The translations under genes were made by a program, and so were the position numbers. The notes beneath the pieces were generated by a model. The model saw only the letters and a program-made list of their open reading frames with translations. It was not told the DNA's origin and did no database searches. A stretch of DNA of 64,000 bases from Octopus vulgaris (Eukaryota), in NCBI GenBank assembly GCA_951406725.2, contig OX597814.1:86304001-86368000 (forward strand). The letters are read 5' to 3'. Shown one piece after another: positions 12,960 through 27,899 of this stretch. Every line of letters begins with the position of its first letter. The first letter of the stretch is position 1.

Positions 12960-14440
12960 AACATGAATTAAAATATATACAAAGTTCGTTATGCGTTCAT
13001 ATTTAGGCGTGATCTGTATCTTTCGATAAATAAATTTTCTTTATTTAAACGTTCTTGTACAGAAATTGTTTCTTTGCGCTGGTATATGGGGAAAACCGTG
13101 AAGTTTGGTTGGATATTACCTGCACATTTCTCTATGTGTTCACTCAAAGGAATCTGACTCTACTGTGGGAAACGGATCTGTTCCTTATTTAGTGTGGTTG
13201 TCCGTCTAAGTGCCATACTTGTCTGTCCTATATAGTTATATCCACAGCCTGAACAAGTTATAACATAAATTAGATTCTCAGAGGCACAAGTGAAGTTGGT
13301 TTTAATTGTGAACCTCTCCTCTTGTTTGAATAGGAATTCCGAGCCTTCCAACAGTTTGGGGCATGTTCCACAGTTTGGACGTCCACATTTTTTAACCGTT
13401 GGTTTTGTGGTTGTTGTGTAAAGCTTTGCATTTGTCAGAAGTCGTTTCAGCGATTTATGTTACTTTTTGAATTTGATGAATTTATGTGTTTTCAGAATGT
13501 TGTTCATTTTTGGATCCCTTGTGAGCATAGATCGATTTTGTTCAATAGTGTTATATGCTTCATTGTTTCTAGGGTTGTGAGTTGATATATACGGTGGTGT
13601 TTTGAGATGTGATTTGGTGTTTCGTTTCGTTTCCCTTAGTGTTTTAATGCCTTATTTCTTGGCACGCTTAATTCCACCGTCTATAAGTGAGGGTAGATAT
13701 TGTCTTTCAGTTAGTGTTGTTCTGAGGTCTTGAAGACGCAGGTCCCAGGTATTTCCATCAGACACTATTGTGCAAATCCTTTTTGCTAAATTAAAAGGGA
13801 TATTTCTTTTCATGTGTTTCGAGTGGCATGAGCTAAAAAGAAGATATTGTTTCGAGTCCATTGGCTTATGATAAATACCAGTTACAATTTGGTTGTTGAT
13901 TTTTTTCTAAGAAAGGGACCTGTTCTTTGCTATATTCCATTGTAAATTGAATGTTAGGGTTTATATCATTTAGTATTGATTTAAAATCCAAAAGTTTATC
14001 AATGGTCTCATTCCAAATGATAAAGCAGTCATCGAGATATCTTTTCCAGTTTTCTCTTATATGCTAGTGAAATGGATGTCCATATTTTTACCGTGACATT
14101 TCATATATGGTGAATTCAAAACATCCCATTACTAGGTTCGCATGAACAGGGGGTGCTTTCGTTCCCATTGTAATTCCGCATTTTTTACGATAGTAGGTAT
14201 CATCAAATAGGAAATAATTGTTCTGAAATATAAATTTTAAAGTTTCAATAATAAAAACCTACTTTATGCGTTCTGGAAGTTCTTCTGTGTACTTTTCAGC
14301 CAGAATTTTATTGCTTCTATTCCATAGTCATGTGGGATATTAGTGTACAGATTAATAACATCGAAGGAAACCAATAATGTCTCTTCATTAGTTGTTTTTG
14401 GTAGGTGCATATCTAGATCGTCTCTAATGAAACTTTTGAT
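12960..14440 (-). mobile_element. Penelope-like retroelement (RT + GIY-YIG endonuclease), 5'-truncated and decayed
   Basis: Minus-strand motifs LVSFDVINLYTNIPH, GITMGTK, WKRYLDDCFIIW, QYLLFSSCH..NIPFNLAKRI, and GIY-YIG NLIYVITCSGCGYNYIGQT. Confidence 0.92.
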
Positions 14441-14464
14441 GCATTTCAGCGCGATGTGTATGTG

Positions 14465-14513
<49 letters not shown>

Positions 14514-15719
14514 GAATTTTATTACAAGACACTTTGTCTCACGGAACCTCAATGTTTTTAAGGAATCCACTTTCATAAATAGTTCCCTAATATATCAGCT
14601 GAATTCTTAACGGTTTGTTTCTGATTGCTAGCTGTTCACTGTGTCCTTGGGAGAAGAAAAAACTTACAGATACAATCCATTTAACTCTTAAAGTAAGCAT
14701 CGTGAGAAGGTACACGCAGCAATAGGAATCTATATTATTTACCACTCTTTTAAAGCAAAATGAAATCTGTATTAAGATGTAGTTTTATAGCAACGAGTCT
14801 CTTTCAGACCTTTAAGATCAGTGTTAATTCTTTTCCGACCAATTCTAGACACTAGTCAGATACAACTACCTGAATGTCTTTTGCAGTGTAGTGGGTTTCG
14901 CAATATTTAACAGTATAGCAGAGGTCATTAATATATAGTTGTAATAACATATGACCAAATATAGATCCCTGTGGAACCGTATGACTGACATATTTCTTCG
15001 ACGAATGAAAACCTTACGCAGAGACATGCTGACAATGCAATGACATGCATGATCCAAGCTATGAATTAGTAAGATCACGAACATTCTAAAAAAGATTTTC
15101 TTTTTCTAATAGAATATTAAGATAACAGTGTCACATGTTCACTGAAGATCAATAAATATCACTCCTAAAACTGACCGGAGTCAAGAGATTTGAGAATGTC
15201 TTCATCTTCATTGATGAAAATTTGAATAGTGAAGTGATATTTGCACAAACAAAAGAATATTAACAATTGAACACGCCCATAAATTTCCTTAACTGCTGTT
15301 AGATTAGAAGCGAGAGAGAGGTAGGGAAAGAGAGGGGGAAATAGAGAGGCAGACAGACAGACAGATAGAAGAAGAGAGCGATAAAGAGAATGAGAGAATA
15401 ATAATTATTCAACATTCATGTCTTGCCTGTGGCATCACTGAAAATGGATCTGTTTATTCGCTTTTGCCCGCAACCTGACAAATGAATCTTGTTAATTACA
15501 CCAGAGCCTACCCTAATTGCAGTAAAAACTCGTCAGGGAAAAAAAGCAGATTCATTTCTTCTGCCAGAATGTGAACAAAACATTGTAAGAGGTGTTAAGA
15601 GCCTCGACTATTACTTTCAAAAGAGAAACTTTTATAAATCTTTACTGTAGCTACAGTTGAAAGCAGAAGGTAACTTTATAGATCTTTCTGGAACTTCAAG
15701 ACATTTTCATTTAGTGATA

Positions 15720-17900
15720 AACTCTTTATGCATGGTATTGTCGTAAGTCGAGTCTTCCTGAGATGCACACAGAACATCGAAACCGTTCTCCCGATTGGAT
15801 TTCCCTCATATGCCAACGGAGATTTATTAAACTGCATCGGGTCATCCAAATCGTATCTAGACAGAGTATTTATGTCAGCAGATACGGATAGCGTAGGATG
15901 CCTCAGTGTCAGAATACAAGTTTATTCTCCGCAGTGAACCAAGATGCATAGACGGAAGCCTGGCTACTGGAAGCTGAATGTACTTTTACATTTATAGAAA
16001 GCCTGTAGCGACCAGACTAGTGAACTTATAAGATGTTGACAGGGAGAATCATCAACAACCAGATGTAGGTCTCTCTGAATATAGTCATTAGGGTAGGAGT
16101 AATATGACATAAAAGTGCTATGGTAGGCAAGATAGATTAGAGAGCGAGCTAAGTAAATTAGAGAAGGTAATTAGAATAGGCATCGTAATTGGAATGTTAA
16201 CGAAGAAAATAGCACTCGCCTATTTCTTCGGCGTAAAACATGAAGGCTTTGTTAAGGCAAGTGGTCTTAAACATGGAGGTTCGAAAGTCCCTCGATGTAT
16301 CTAGGTAGAGGTGCGATGCGAAAACAAAGACACATTTAAGTATTTGACGGATTTCAACTTGGACAAGCTTTTCGATTCCAGATAGACATATGCGGTTTTT
16401 CAGTAGCACTTTTCCAGACTGTCTGGAGTAGTGGTTGGCCAGAGATGGTGAACTATGCGCCTCCCTCAAAGGCCTCTCATGACTCTTGACAGGAAAGAGA
16501 AAGATATATGTAAAACAGCAACTGAGATACGGTTGACAGAAAGTGTCAGTGTGAGGGGCTAACCACCTGGATTGGAAGGCCTACTCCACGACCTTTATGG
16601 ATACATGCCAAATTTTTTTTTTTTTTTTTTTTTGCCTCTTTTGAGATTATGGTTGCAATTAACGTTTTGACAGACGTGTACTGCAACCAGTAAAATACTG
16701 TCCAGTTCTGTAAGCCAGGAAATGGTGGTGTTGCTAGAGGACGCTATCAACAAGTTTCGGCCCATACCGTTTTTTAATACAGATTAAGATTTTGGCCAAA
16801 ATGATCATAAAGAATTTGGTTCTGCTTTACAGTCGAGATCACACAAACTTGTAATATTTTCGAAAGATGTATCCACGAAAACTTCCACCGTATTTGATAC
16901 ATCTAATCTGGTTACAGTGGATTCCTTATCTATTTGGATCGATTCAAAGCCTTCGATATGGTTGGCTAACAGTATTTAGTGATGACTTTCAGTGCAGCCG
17001 ACTTTCTTCTGTTTTTCGAAGCTGGAACATTTCAGTGCTCAACGACATCAGTTCGGTGATTTTACTACATTGTGACTTATTGGAACCGCTTCGAACCATA
17101 GGTTAAGTTCGTCAGTGGTTGATTCAGTGTATTTTGACTCTTGCGGAATTGCTACGGAATCTACAGTGTTGAGGGACGCAATGCTCGAACAGGGGTGCAG
17201 AAAGATAGTGTTGGTATACGCGAACTGCGCCAATGTCATAGTGTCAGCCACCACTAAAATCAAGGTGGTCGGCACCACTGACAGAACATAACGTAATAAG
17301 AGGAGCAAACATTAATATTGACAAGTTCGTGGGTTTACAAATCAGCTCCTAGAAAGGCAAGTTCAACACCCATGGGTCGCTGTATTGATGGTCTGGTTAA
17401 AGTGCTTTGAATTTGATTCAAGCTACACATTTAGATGGACAGCAATTGGAACGGAGTTAGTAAATTTTTCAATCTCACCAAGAAGTGGGCTGAGAGGAAG
17501 CCATTGTTGAAAAGTTGAGCTGAGGTGACGAACACAAACATTGCCTCCGAGAGACTCTTAGCATGTTCAAACATTAACTTGCAGTCTGTTTCTGAGGACA
17601 ATCAGCCTGGGACAGTTTCCAGAAATCCCTGGTCTGGCAGCTCTAGATGTTGATGGAGTTTGAAGTATTAGAGGTCTCTAAAGAACAACCTTTGCCATGT
17701 TCAGAAAGCAGTCTTTGTCATGTTATGTGTATGTGTATTCAGTAGGAGTAACCGCAGAGATAGCGATTTGAAGCGATCGTGAGGAATCTATCTAGTTGAG
17801 TGCTAATCATGTTTAAGGAAAGTGAGGTGCGAAAGCTTTCGTCGATGAAAATAACAAAGGAAAAGGACTTTAAGTCGCAGCATCACCCACTACACTAATT
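15720..17900 (+). mobile_element. Highly decayed L1/Tx1-like LINE ORF2 (APE + RT)
   Basis: SYLDRVF (APE), GYWKLN, FRPI..NTD.KILAK (RT), and a degenerate YADD (YANC near 17215). Confidence 0.7.
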
Positions 17901-18207
17901 GTTCTTCCTTTTTCCATCCTCTTCTGCTGGCCGGCTAAAGAAAACAGTGCTATGTTGGATGTTATTTTGAATTTTTGGTGGGTAGGGATAACAAAATCTG
18001 CTAATAATGTAGACTTAAAGAAAGAGAGACAAAAAGAACTAACGAGCCCTTTAAGGCTGTGATCGGTTCGGCAATGAAAGGAAACACAAAAACTAACAAT
18101 AGCAAATTCCTGAAAGGGTAAATTATTTACTTACTCTTTTTTTTTTCTTTTTTTTTTCTTACTTTGCAGAACTGAAATAAACGCGTCTGATGCGGTCAGA
18201 ACGAAGT

Positions 18208-18210
18208 ATG

Positions 18211-18272
<62 letters not shown>

Positions 18273-18619
18273 GACGACGACGACAACGATGGTGATGATG
18301 ATGATGGTGGTGGTGGTGGTGGTGGTGGTGGCGGCGGCGGTGGTGGTGGTGGTGGTGGTGGTGGTGGTGGTGGTGGTGGTGGTGGTGGTGGTGGTGGTGA
18401 TGATGATGATCAGTATATTTGTGAACTGAATCTTTTCCTATTTTCTCTCCTCCCCATCATCACATAGACATTCACACACATTGATTAATACGCCTTCTGA
18501 GACATTCCGCCTATCTCACATACATTTGCGTACTCTCTCTCTCTCTCCCTCTATCTCTCTATCTATCCATCTATCTATCTCGCATACATAACTAAAATAT
18601 GAGATATGTGTAAGAGCAT

Positions 18620-18667
<48 letters not shown>

Positions 18668-19227
18668 GTGTGTGTATATATGTATGTATATAGTATATAA
18701 TATATATACCCATATGTATATATACATATACATATAAATATATATATATATATACACGCACTGTGTGTGTGTGTGTGTGTGTGTGTGTCCTAACATGTGC
18801 ATATCTCTCTCTTTGGTCCTTATCAGACCAATTTTCGAAGGAGACAATGAAGAAAGGAGAGGAGAACGATAGGAATCTGAAACGAAAATGTGATTAGTAA
18901 CGGAGAAAGTGTTCCTGGTTCCAAGCTTTATCGAAGTAAGTCAGTTGAGGAACAATGCAAGAATATTATCGGTCAGGCAATTGATATAGAATTAATAGGA
19001 CTCTCAGTCATTTCTTTGAAGTCATATCTGTCTTTGAGGTGTGCACACAAGACGGCTGCCGTGAGAGATATTTTGGTTCGATATCCACCTTTGGTGACAG
19101 CCGGCATGTTCTTGTAATATGCATATCCTTACACTTAGCACCAAGAATCAATTTAAGAGAGAGAAGTGAAGAAAAAAAGAAAGAAACAAGGAAAAAAACA
19201 AGAAAGAAGAGAAGAAAGAAAGAAAGC

Positions 19228-19271
<44 letters not shown>

Positions 19272-19308
19272 AAACGAAACAAAGAAATAAAGAGCAAGAA
19301 AGTACTGT

Positions 19309-19389
<81 letters not shown>

Positions 19390-19400
19390 AGAGGAAAGGA
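18208..19400. repeat. Microsatellites (AAT)n/(GGT)n, (TA)n and (GAAA)n
   Basis: Read directly from sequence. Confidence 0.9.
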
Positions 19401-19780
19401 AAGTGATGTGATTTAGAAGAGTGGCAACGAAGTTAGATTTATTTTAAAGTTGTATATATATCGTTATCGAAACAACTTCACTACAAAGATTTTCGTTAGG
19501 CACTAATATCGACACCAAAATAAAAGCGAAGAATTTTGGCGCCAGTCTTCACACTTGACGTGTGGAAAATTTAGTGTCCTCTTCAAGTTCAGTGGAAGAT
19601 TAATTATCCGTACACACTAATTCACGCGCACATATACACATACTCTCACACACACTCACTCGCTCTCTCTCACACACACACATTCATCTACACAGACACA
19701 CGAGTGTGCGTGTGTACGATAATAATTTCTTTTGACGAGACACAATGCCAATTTTTGTCGAAGAATGGTATATATATATA

Positions 19781-20010
19781 CTTTTATTTGTTTCAGTCAT
19801 TTGACTGCAGCCATGCTGGAGCACCACCTACAAGGGTTTTAGTCGAACAATTCGACCCCAGGGCTAGTAATTAAGACTAGTAATTACTCTATCGGTCTCT
19901 TTGCCAAACCGCTAATTTACGGGGACATAGACACAACAACACCAGTTGTCAAATGGTGAAGGGGGACAAACAAACACACAAACACACACACACACACATA
20001 GATGTATACG

Positions 20011-20079
<69 letters not shown>

Positions 20080-20141
20080 CAACACACCTGCTTCTTGTTC
20101 CTACACCTGTCTTCGTCTTTTGTTTTTCTGTAAATTTCAAC

Positions 20142-20182
<41 letters not shown>

Positions 20183-20280
20183 GCGCACACACGACGGGCT
20201 TCTTTCAGTTTCCGTCTACCAAATCCACTTACAAGACTTTTCGACCCGAGGCTATAATAGAAGACACTTGCCTGAGGTAA
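19781..20280 (-). mobile_element. SINE (CORE-like, Octopus-type) with a pLTR fragment inserted in its microsatellite
   Basis: Reverse complement of the 20329-20640 copy. 20078-20143 matches the pLTR tail at 27593-27650. Confidence 0.65.
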
Positions 20281-20328
20281 ATCTCCCTAAAATTATACAC
20301 ACCGACAAAAAAAAAGCTTAATAACATA

Positions 20329-20640
20329 TAGGCGCAGGCGTGGCTGTGTTGTAAGAAGCTTACTTCCCAAACACATGGTTCCGGGTTCAATCCCACTGTG
20401 TGACACCTTGGGCAAGTGTCTTCTACATTAGTCTAGGGCCGACCGAAGTCTTGAGAGCGGATTTGGTAGATGGAAACTGAAAAAAAGACCCGTCGTGTGT
20501 GCGTGTGTGTGGGGGGGATGTAGACCCCACCTCAGCTTGACTGCCAGCATTGGTTTGTTTACTTTCTCGTAATCTAGCCGTTCGGCAAAAACTGACCGAC
20601 AGAATAAGAACCAGGCTTAAAGAAACAAAAGTAAAATAAG
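20329..20640 (+). mobile_element. tRNA-derived CORE-like SINE
   Basis: ggcgcaggcgtggctgtgttgtaagaag...ggttcaatccc (B box)...accttgggcaagtgtc (CORE-like). Confidence 0.75.
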
Positions 20641-21049
20641 TACGACCTCCAGTCGTACAGTACTAGATAGAAACATCCTATCGACGACTTCGGAATATAA
20701 CAGTATCTGTCAGAGCAACAATTGTCGTCAAATGACAGACACAACAGTGGCAAAAGATCTCATTACAACAACGATGATGATGATGATGAGGGTCATGACG
20801 AGGACCATGATGATGCTGTTGTTAATACTGATTACAGTTGTACTACTATAACCCTGACGATATTGGTGGCATGGTTATAGTGTTACCAGCAAGAGTATTA
20901 CACCCACCGTTTGTATTTATCTTAATGGCAGAGACATGATTGCTACTTGTTGTATCGATCTTGGAAAGATGAAAGGAAACTCGATTTCAGTGGGATTTGA
21001 ACTCAAAAATATAAAAGCTTAATTCCTGCACAGCACTTTATCAGCACTC

Positions 21050-21198
21050 AACTGGCCCAGCCAGCCAGCAATCAACCAGAATAGACTGAATAGCAACTAC
21101 ACCAGTATTCTGAAAAATAAACGCACCCAAAAAGAACAAAAAATAGAAAATATCTATCGACTTTTTAAAAGAGCGACATCAGAACGACACAAATCAAC

Positions 21199-21283
<85 letters not shown>

Positions 21284-23750
21284 AGAAATGAAACATACGC
21301 GAAATTAATAAGCCTTTAAGACAATAGATCCCCTCTAAATCACAAAGAATCCGTTTATAAGAAAAGCGGCAATACTTCTTTGAACTAAGGCGAACATTAC
21401 ATCAACAAAAATCAAAACGATTTTACCAACAACTAGATAAAAAATAAAAGAGAAATAAATGCAGCGCTTGCAGCAAAAGAAACAGTAGGAATGAACAAAG
21501 AAACAAATATGAATTGTGGATGTATCGTTACAAGCGATCATATTGAAAAGAAGCGTAACAACAACGAAAGAAGAACAACAGCTCTAAATTATATCAGAAT
21601 AGTTCCTGTTGCAGAATAGGAATTGAAAAGCAACTGGAAATAACGAAGTTCCAAAATTCTGGTTGAATCACATAATGACGGGATACACTTTAAACGCAAG
21701 AAACTAGTACAAGAAGAAACATATTAATTAAAGAACGTGTGTAATACATAACTATGATCACCAGCTTCATCATTATCAAACACACAGTATATAACATATA
21801 TATAAGATACCCTACATATATTTGAAAAAAATATTCAACGACATCTGACAGAAACAGAAAGTAACACTTAAATAGCACAAGAAAGGAAAGGAGTACCTTA
21901 ATCCCACCCCCAAGACTAACGAAACATCAATCCTCCAAAACAACAGAGTTATATCCTGCTTGCTCGAATTATAAAAAAGCCCTACCAATATTTCCGCAAA
22001 GGCTAAAATGTTCGTCAAGGCAAAAACAAAAACAAAAAAGAAATACTTCCAGAAGAACAGACGGTGTGTTGCAAAGGTTCATACGGTTGTAAATATCAGT
22101 TAGTGATCGGTAAAGCTATAACTGAAAACTATACAGGGGATACGAAGCTCTGAACATAATATGAATTGATTACCTGAAGGCTTTTGACAGTGTTCCCCAC
22201 TCGTAGATTCTCGCAAGATTCACAATGAGAAAAGTACTTCCCTGTACGAAGCAGATTAATACCAAACATGCCAAGAGTAAAGAAAGGGCAATTTTACAAA
22301 GTCAAACGAAAGAAATCGTAAATAATAAATTTTGGTTGTTCAGTGAACTGGAGAGCCAAAAGTAAGAAATTTCAAAAAATTTCTCACTGATTTTTTAACC
22401 TGCCACTATAAAGCTGATGTAAATAGAAAGTACCTACTATTGGAAGTAAAATAAAGTAAGAAGTAAAATAAAGTTTAGAAAAATATTTAGAAGGAAGCTT
22501 TTGAGTAATTTTATGCACTCACTGTTACTAACACTTTCAATAAACATTCTAAACGGGACTGCACAAGAGAAGGAGTGCAAGGAAATGATGTGCAACTATT
22601 TCCTCTATGAAGGATTACGTGAAGCAGTATGGTGAAGATGACAAAGAACTAGCAAATTGTTGCGTACTATGTGTGAATTATGCTGGGAAGTTGAAATGAA
22701 AGAAGTAAGGATTTGCAGCTGGAAAGTTATTATAGAATCAAATCGCTACTGCAAGTGTATACAAATGCAGAGAAAGAAATATTGAGAGAAATTAATACAA
22801 ATAGCTACAAAATGTGAAGACGGGGAAAAAAAACATTTTCCGTCTTCAGGAAAATTAACAAATATAAAACGGAGAGAAATGTAATGGGCAGTGTGTGTGG
22901 TATGGAGAAATAACAGAAATTATCAAACGCCAAAATATTAAATTGAAAATATCACAACAAAATGCCATACTAAGACTGGGCAAAGTTAAAAACGATGAAG
23001 AAAATTAACAGCACTGGTTGAGAAGCCCATGACTGAAAGCTGGAACCGAAGTGATTTTGATCTTAGCACAGACCAAATACTTTCCATCAGAAATTACTGA
23101 AAATAGATTATAAAACAGACTACAAAAATGAACCACAGAATACATGAAAGCTGTGAAAAAAAAGCAGTTATATTATTTCTGGCTGCACAGTCTTAACGCA
23201 GATATGAGCAGGGTTATCTATACTTTTAACTATACCAGTATTATGGGAGATGCACAGAAAAGAGATAGAACAGACATCACCAAATCTCTAGAATATGTTG
23301 GCATATGCGGACAGGAGGACTGAAGTAAATTTCCCAGATTTTATCAAACACCAGTAGGAAAACATTTTGTCTCTTCTTCGATGTGTTACTTCTAAAATAA
23401 TAATAATAAATCTTTCAAAGAAATAATAGAAACTATTCATCGGTGACGAGGAAAGTGGGAACATGTTGCATGGATAACAATCTGTCCTCTATACCATAGT
23501 GCTCAGGCATGAAGTCTATCGAATACCCTATACTGGAGAGACTGATGAAGGCAGCAGAAGAAAGGCGGATTCACAGAAAAGAACACTACAACTCAAACAG
23601 CATTGGGATAGCCCACAAGTAATGTTTGTGTGGCAAAGACTGCCATTCGCGCATTGGAATGTTCAGCCACAGGTAACGCTGTTTCTGAAGAGCAGACAAC
23701 TAGAATCTTTACCTACGATCACTAATGACAGACGGATGCTAGAAAAATAA
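21050..23750 (+). mobile_element. Decayed R4/Dong-like non-LTR retrotransposon
   Basis: AFDSVPHS*I RT motif at ~22180, a degenerate YMDD region near 22600 and an RLE-like C-terminal remnant, ending at an AAT-rich tail. Confidence 0.6.
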
Positions 23751-24835
23751 TAATAAATAAAGACCTGGAAATAGAAATATTTAGAATGTAAGGATTGAAA
23801 ACTGAAACTACCCCCCATTAATAAGAGATACTTTATGAATGGTGAAACGATGCAGAAATTAAAAAGAGAAAGCCTAAGTACATAGATGCAAGTGTAATAT
23901 ACAGAAACCAACAATATTGCACACACTTGATTTACATGTTGCTTAAGAGAGCTCTTAATACAATATTTAAAGAAAAAGCAAAGCAAAATATTTCACATCC
24001 GCGGAAATACACGATGTGGCATTCGGTTGTGCAGCGACAGCACACCTTTACTAAAGTCATGATGATGATGATGACGATGATGTTGATGGTAGTGGTGACC
24101 TTCTATTTATTTTACAATTATTTTACAGAAACGAATCATATTCATATGATCGAAATGGAAACTGGTCAAAAGATTATTTACGAATCCTTAAAGCCAACTC
24201 CACCACCAGACGACACCAATTATAATATCAATTACTTTTAAGTTAGACATCAAACAGTATACATATTAGCGTTGGAAAGAGTTCATTTCTGACATAAATG
24301 AATGATTGATATTTCTTGTAATCGGTATGACACCTTATAAAGGAAGAATAAATTCGAAGATGAGAGTCAAAACCTCCGTGCAGTATTAAAGACGTAAAAT
24401 TTAATTTTACGGCTTGTTTGGTGGAAGAAAAGCCAGCGCTTGCAACCTTTTGCAAGAATTTCCGAGTCAGAAACCAAGGTTTATGGATTAAGCTCAGTGA
24501 AGTTAGTTGGTTCGAACGCATTTTGACTATTGTCTTTTTAAAAATCGCAACACTAACTGGGAATTTTTCATGGATTGCTTTATAAACGCGTGAGGATGTT
24601 TTTATTAATAATCTTTCCTTCGGCGTTTTGAGGATAGAATCTTCAGATTCCTTTCTCTCTGTCTCAATTGTTTTTATTTTGATTTATAAAGTCCATCAAT
24701 TCCACAGTTGCTTTTGTTCACCACAGTGAAATTGATAGATACATTTTGCATACAGTTGGAATATTTTGTTGTTTTTGTAGTCTCGTTTTTGAGTGTTTCT
24801 GTGTTTCTTGTTGTTGCTGTTGATGATGTTGTTGT

Positions 24836-24901
<66 letters not shown>

Positions 24902-24989
24902 CGACGACGACGACGATGATGATGTTGAAGTGGTTGTGAATTTGGCTGCAGTTGTGAATTTGTGTTTGTTTTTGTTGTGTTCTTCAAAT

Positions 24990-25800
24990 AGGGCTACCCT
25001 CTTTTGCCTGCCCCCTCTTGCTACAGTTCCATGGTTTGGCCTGCACTTCTTTCTCCATGCCATTGCTGTTGTTTTTGGTTTGGGGAGCAGGGCGTTCAGA
25101 AGAAGGAGTAAATTCCGTCGTTGTCTTGGTTTAGGTGTGAGTGTTGGAGTACTGAGCACTTTCTCTTGATTTTGTGCTTGTATGTTTGTAGTGTTGGCAG
25201 CAGTGGGTACTTTTTCTTTGTTTGAGGGCAGAAAGCCTTTAAATGAGGCACAGAGCCACATACGTAACACCTTGGCTTTCTACCCCCAACTATCACTGAC
25301 AAATGGGTGCCATCCGGGAGGTCTGTCAGGTCGGGTATTTCGTCAATATACATTTGGTTAGACTGTATGGTCAATTGCATACTTATACCTGACCAGTTTT
25401 GTTGAGGTATTTTCTTTACCTCCAAGATAGCCACTTCTTCCTCTATACTCATTAAGGCGGCTACCACCAAACAGGTATTGGATATTTCTGGTGGCACGTT
25501 TACCACCCTATATAGCAAGGCATTGGCCGCAATAGCTGGGGATTAGGAAGAATTCGTCATTCCTCAATGTCGTCGCGGAGTGAAACCTGGCTTCTTCCTC
25601 AGTCCCAAATCTCACTTCAATCGCACCACACTTCTTTCCTCGAGTGATGTGGGTCTTGTTTTCCCACGTGCACACAGGACATTTTTGAACTTGAGCCCCA
25701 ATAACATTTTCTACCCGGTGTGATTTTACTCCGATGCAGCGGTACGTAACCGTGTATCTCAAAATGCTTTCCATACCCTCAGGTGGAGGGTTGAGGGCTA
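24990..25800 (-). pseudogene. LINE ORF1/gag-like zinc-knuckle protein remnant (L1/Tx1-type)
   Basis: ORFs 25508-25774 and 25096-25518, with CCHC knuckle CYVCGSVPHLKAFC preceded by VIVGGRKPR and followed by a Thr/Lys/Pro-rich tail. Confidence 0.7.
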
Positions 25801-27592
25801 CTCTTTCCCATTTCTTTTTACAGTTTGTCTGGCGAGTTTTAAATCTTCTTTAACTATGGGAAAATCTAGATTTTTTGCAGCACTTGCAAAAGAAATCCAC
25901 TTTCCGGCATCTTTCCTTCGTTCCGGCTCACCATTCAATCCGAATAGTCGACCGAAGCGCTACTGAAAAGCCTTACATACCTGCTTGTTGTCGAGTAACA
26001 TATGTGCATTATGGAGCACCAAAGGCCGAATTGAGGTTTTGTTCCAACATTGCATCTCTGCTAATCGGCCCCATCGGATGGATGGTTTTCGTTCCCGCGT
26101 GTCTTAGAGCATGCGACTTAGCTTTGACATTGCAGCCTTTGTGCTTCACGTTGAAGAATTGTTAAAGAATTAGTCGAACGTCAATCTCGCCGCGAATACG
26201 TCGGTTGCAATGGCTTTCCTCTGCGCCTCTTCTAAGTTTTTAAGTGCCTCTCTGTTCTCCTTTTCTCTATCTTTACAACCTTCTTAAGTCTTATCTATTA
26301 TACTCAAATCGCCCTTTTCAAGGTAAATCACCATTTGTTAATGACGATTTCCCCCGTCAACATCCCCTTGAATAATTTGAAAATTCAGTCTCCCTAAGCT
26401 TGGCGCACCGTGTCTACATTGTTGCATTCGGGAAATCCAGTCGGTAACTGTCAGCCAGCAGGAAACGTCTGAGCAGGTTTGAGAAACTTTTGCATCTCCT
26501 CTCCTATCAGCTAGCTCCACTCAATCTGGACGTGTATCCAAGAAAGTACCCTAATTACCCACTAACACTAAATAGCTGGGCGTTCCCAGGAAAACCTCCA
26601 GAGGCCCGAAGAAATCAGGTCGTCTGCCCCCGTCGAGGTGTAGACAACTACCAGCCTGAAGACATCACTTCACTACCATTCGCATCTTGGATTACCAACT
26701 TACTGTCCGGGTCCAAGATCGACCGTATCTCGAGGTTCAAGACTTTCCGACACAGCACTGCTTTCCACCAAGTAAGGGATACGAAAATCTAAGTCACTAA
26801 AAATGGGTGCTAAAGTAGGTGTGTCGGAAATCCTGGCATCGCCGATAGCTATCACATCCAAACCTGTGTGCACGAGAACATCAATAACAACAACAAAAGT
26901 AATGACAGTGGTAGCACTAGTAAGGGCAACGTTTTTAACAACACATGTAACTGCGGCTGCAGCACAACAGCGACAGTAGCAAACTGAGGTCATTGAGCAA
27001 ATGGACTTATTCCCAGGGTAACTCAGGTTACGTGCATTTATACACCTCACTTTTCAGAACTACCATGTTGGTAGAAAGGAGAAAAAGAAACTGGGTGTTT
27101 TCCCATTGGGGAGCCTGACCGGATGACTTGGCCTCCATGGAATTTTGGGGTGCCTTTGGGAAGTTCTTTAGAAAACAACTATTGGTCCCCTTGTGCCAGA
27201 GTTTACCACATCATTGGAGAAATTATCCCCTCATTATTTTGTCTATCTTCAAGCCCAACTCTATTTTCAAATTTTGTGGCACCTTGGAAGTACTGCTCCT
27301 GAAAACCTCACCTTCTGCTCTACTGTTTTGCTATCATGCGATAAAAGATATCAGTTTTTGATATGTTCCTTATAAACACAAAGCTTCGGTTGGGTGTGTT
27401 TTGTTGATATCATGTTTATGTCCCCCGCTGGTGCTGTTCTTGTATTTTCTTTTTGTTGTGGGTGGTGGAGTTGTCGTGGATTTGTCTGTGTTTGGTTTGG
27501 GTCAGGTTTCAGTGATGCTGCCGTGATTGTGAAATTAATTTAGAGAGTGTGACCTTTTTTTAAATCTTTAGCGAATTTCATATACATATATA

Positions 27593-27730
27593 TAGTTGGA
27601 ATTTACAAAAAACAAAAGACGAAGACAGGTGTGTAAACAACAAACATGTGTATTAGTTTAACGCTCGGAAAGGTGAGAAAGTCTTTTACGTTTCGAGCCT
27701 ACGCTCTTCAACTGAAAGGAACACGAGAAA
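27593..27730 (-). mobile_element. Penelope pLTR fragment with degenerate minimal hammerhead (27683-27718)
   Basis: Minus strand CTTT-CAGTTGA-A-GAGC-gtag-GCTC-GAAA-CG-TA-AAAG, ending at (TA)n. Confidence 0.55.
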
Positions 27731-27899
27731 ATGTGGCGGGAGGCGTGTATGCATGTATGTATTTCTTGGTTGTCCTTCCTCCTCGCAAAAGAGATCTCCG
27801 TGTCGGAAAGATCTGATGTGAGTGTGGGATGAGGTATATTTTCGTTTGTGTATACATTTGTGCTTAAGTTTCAAAGAGGGGCGAGATAGAGAAAATAAG

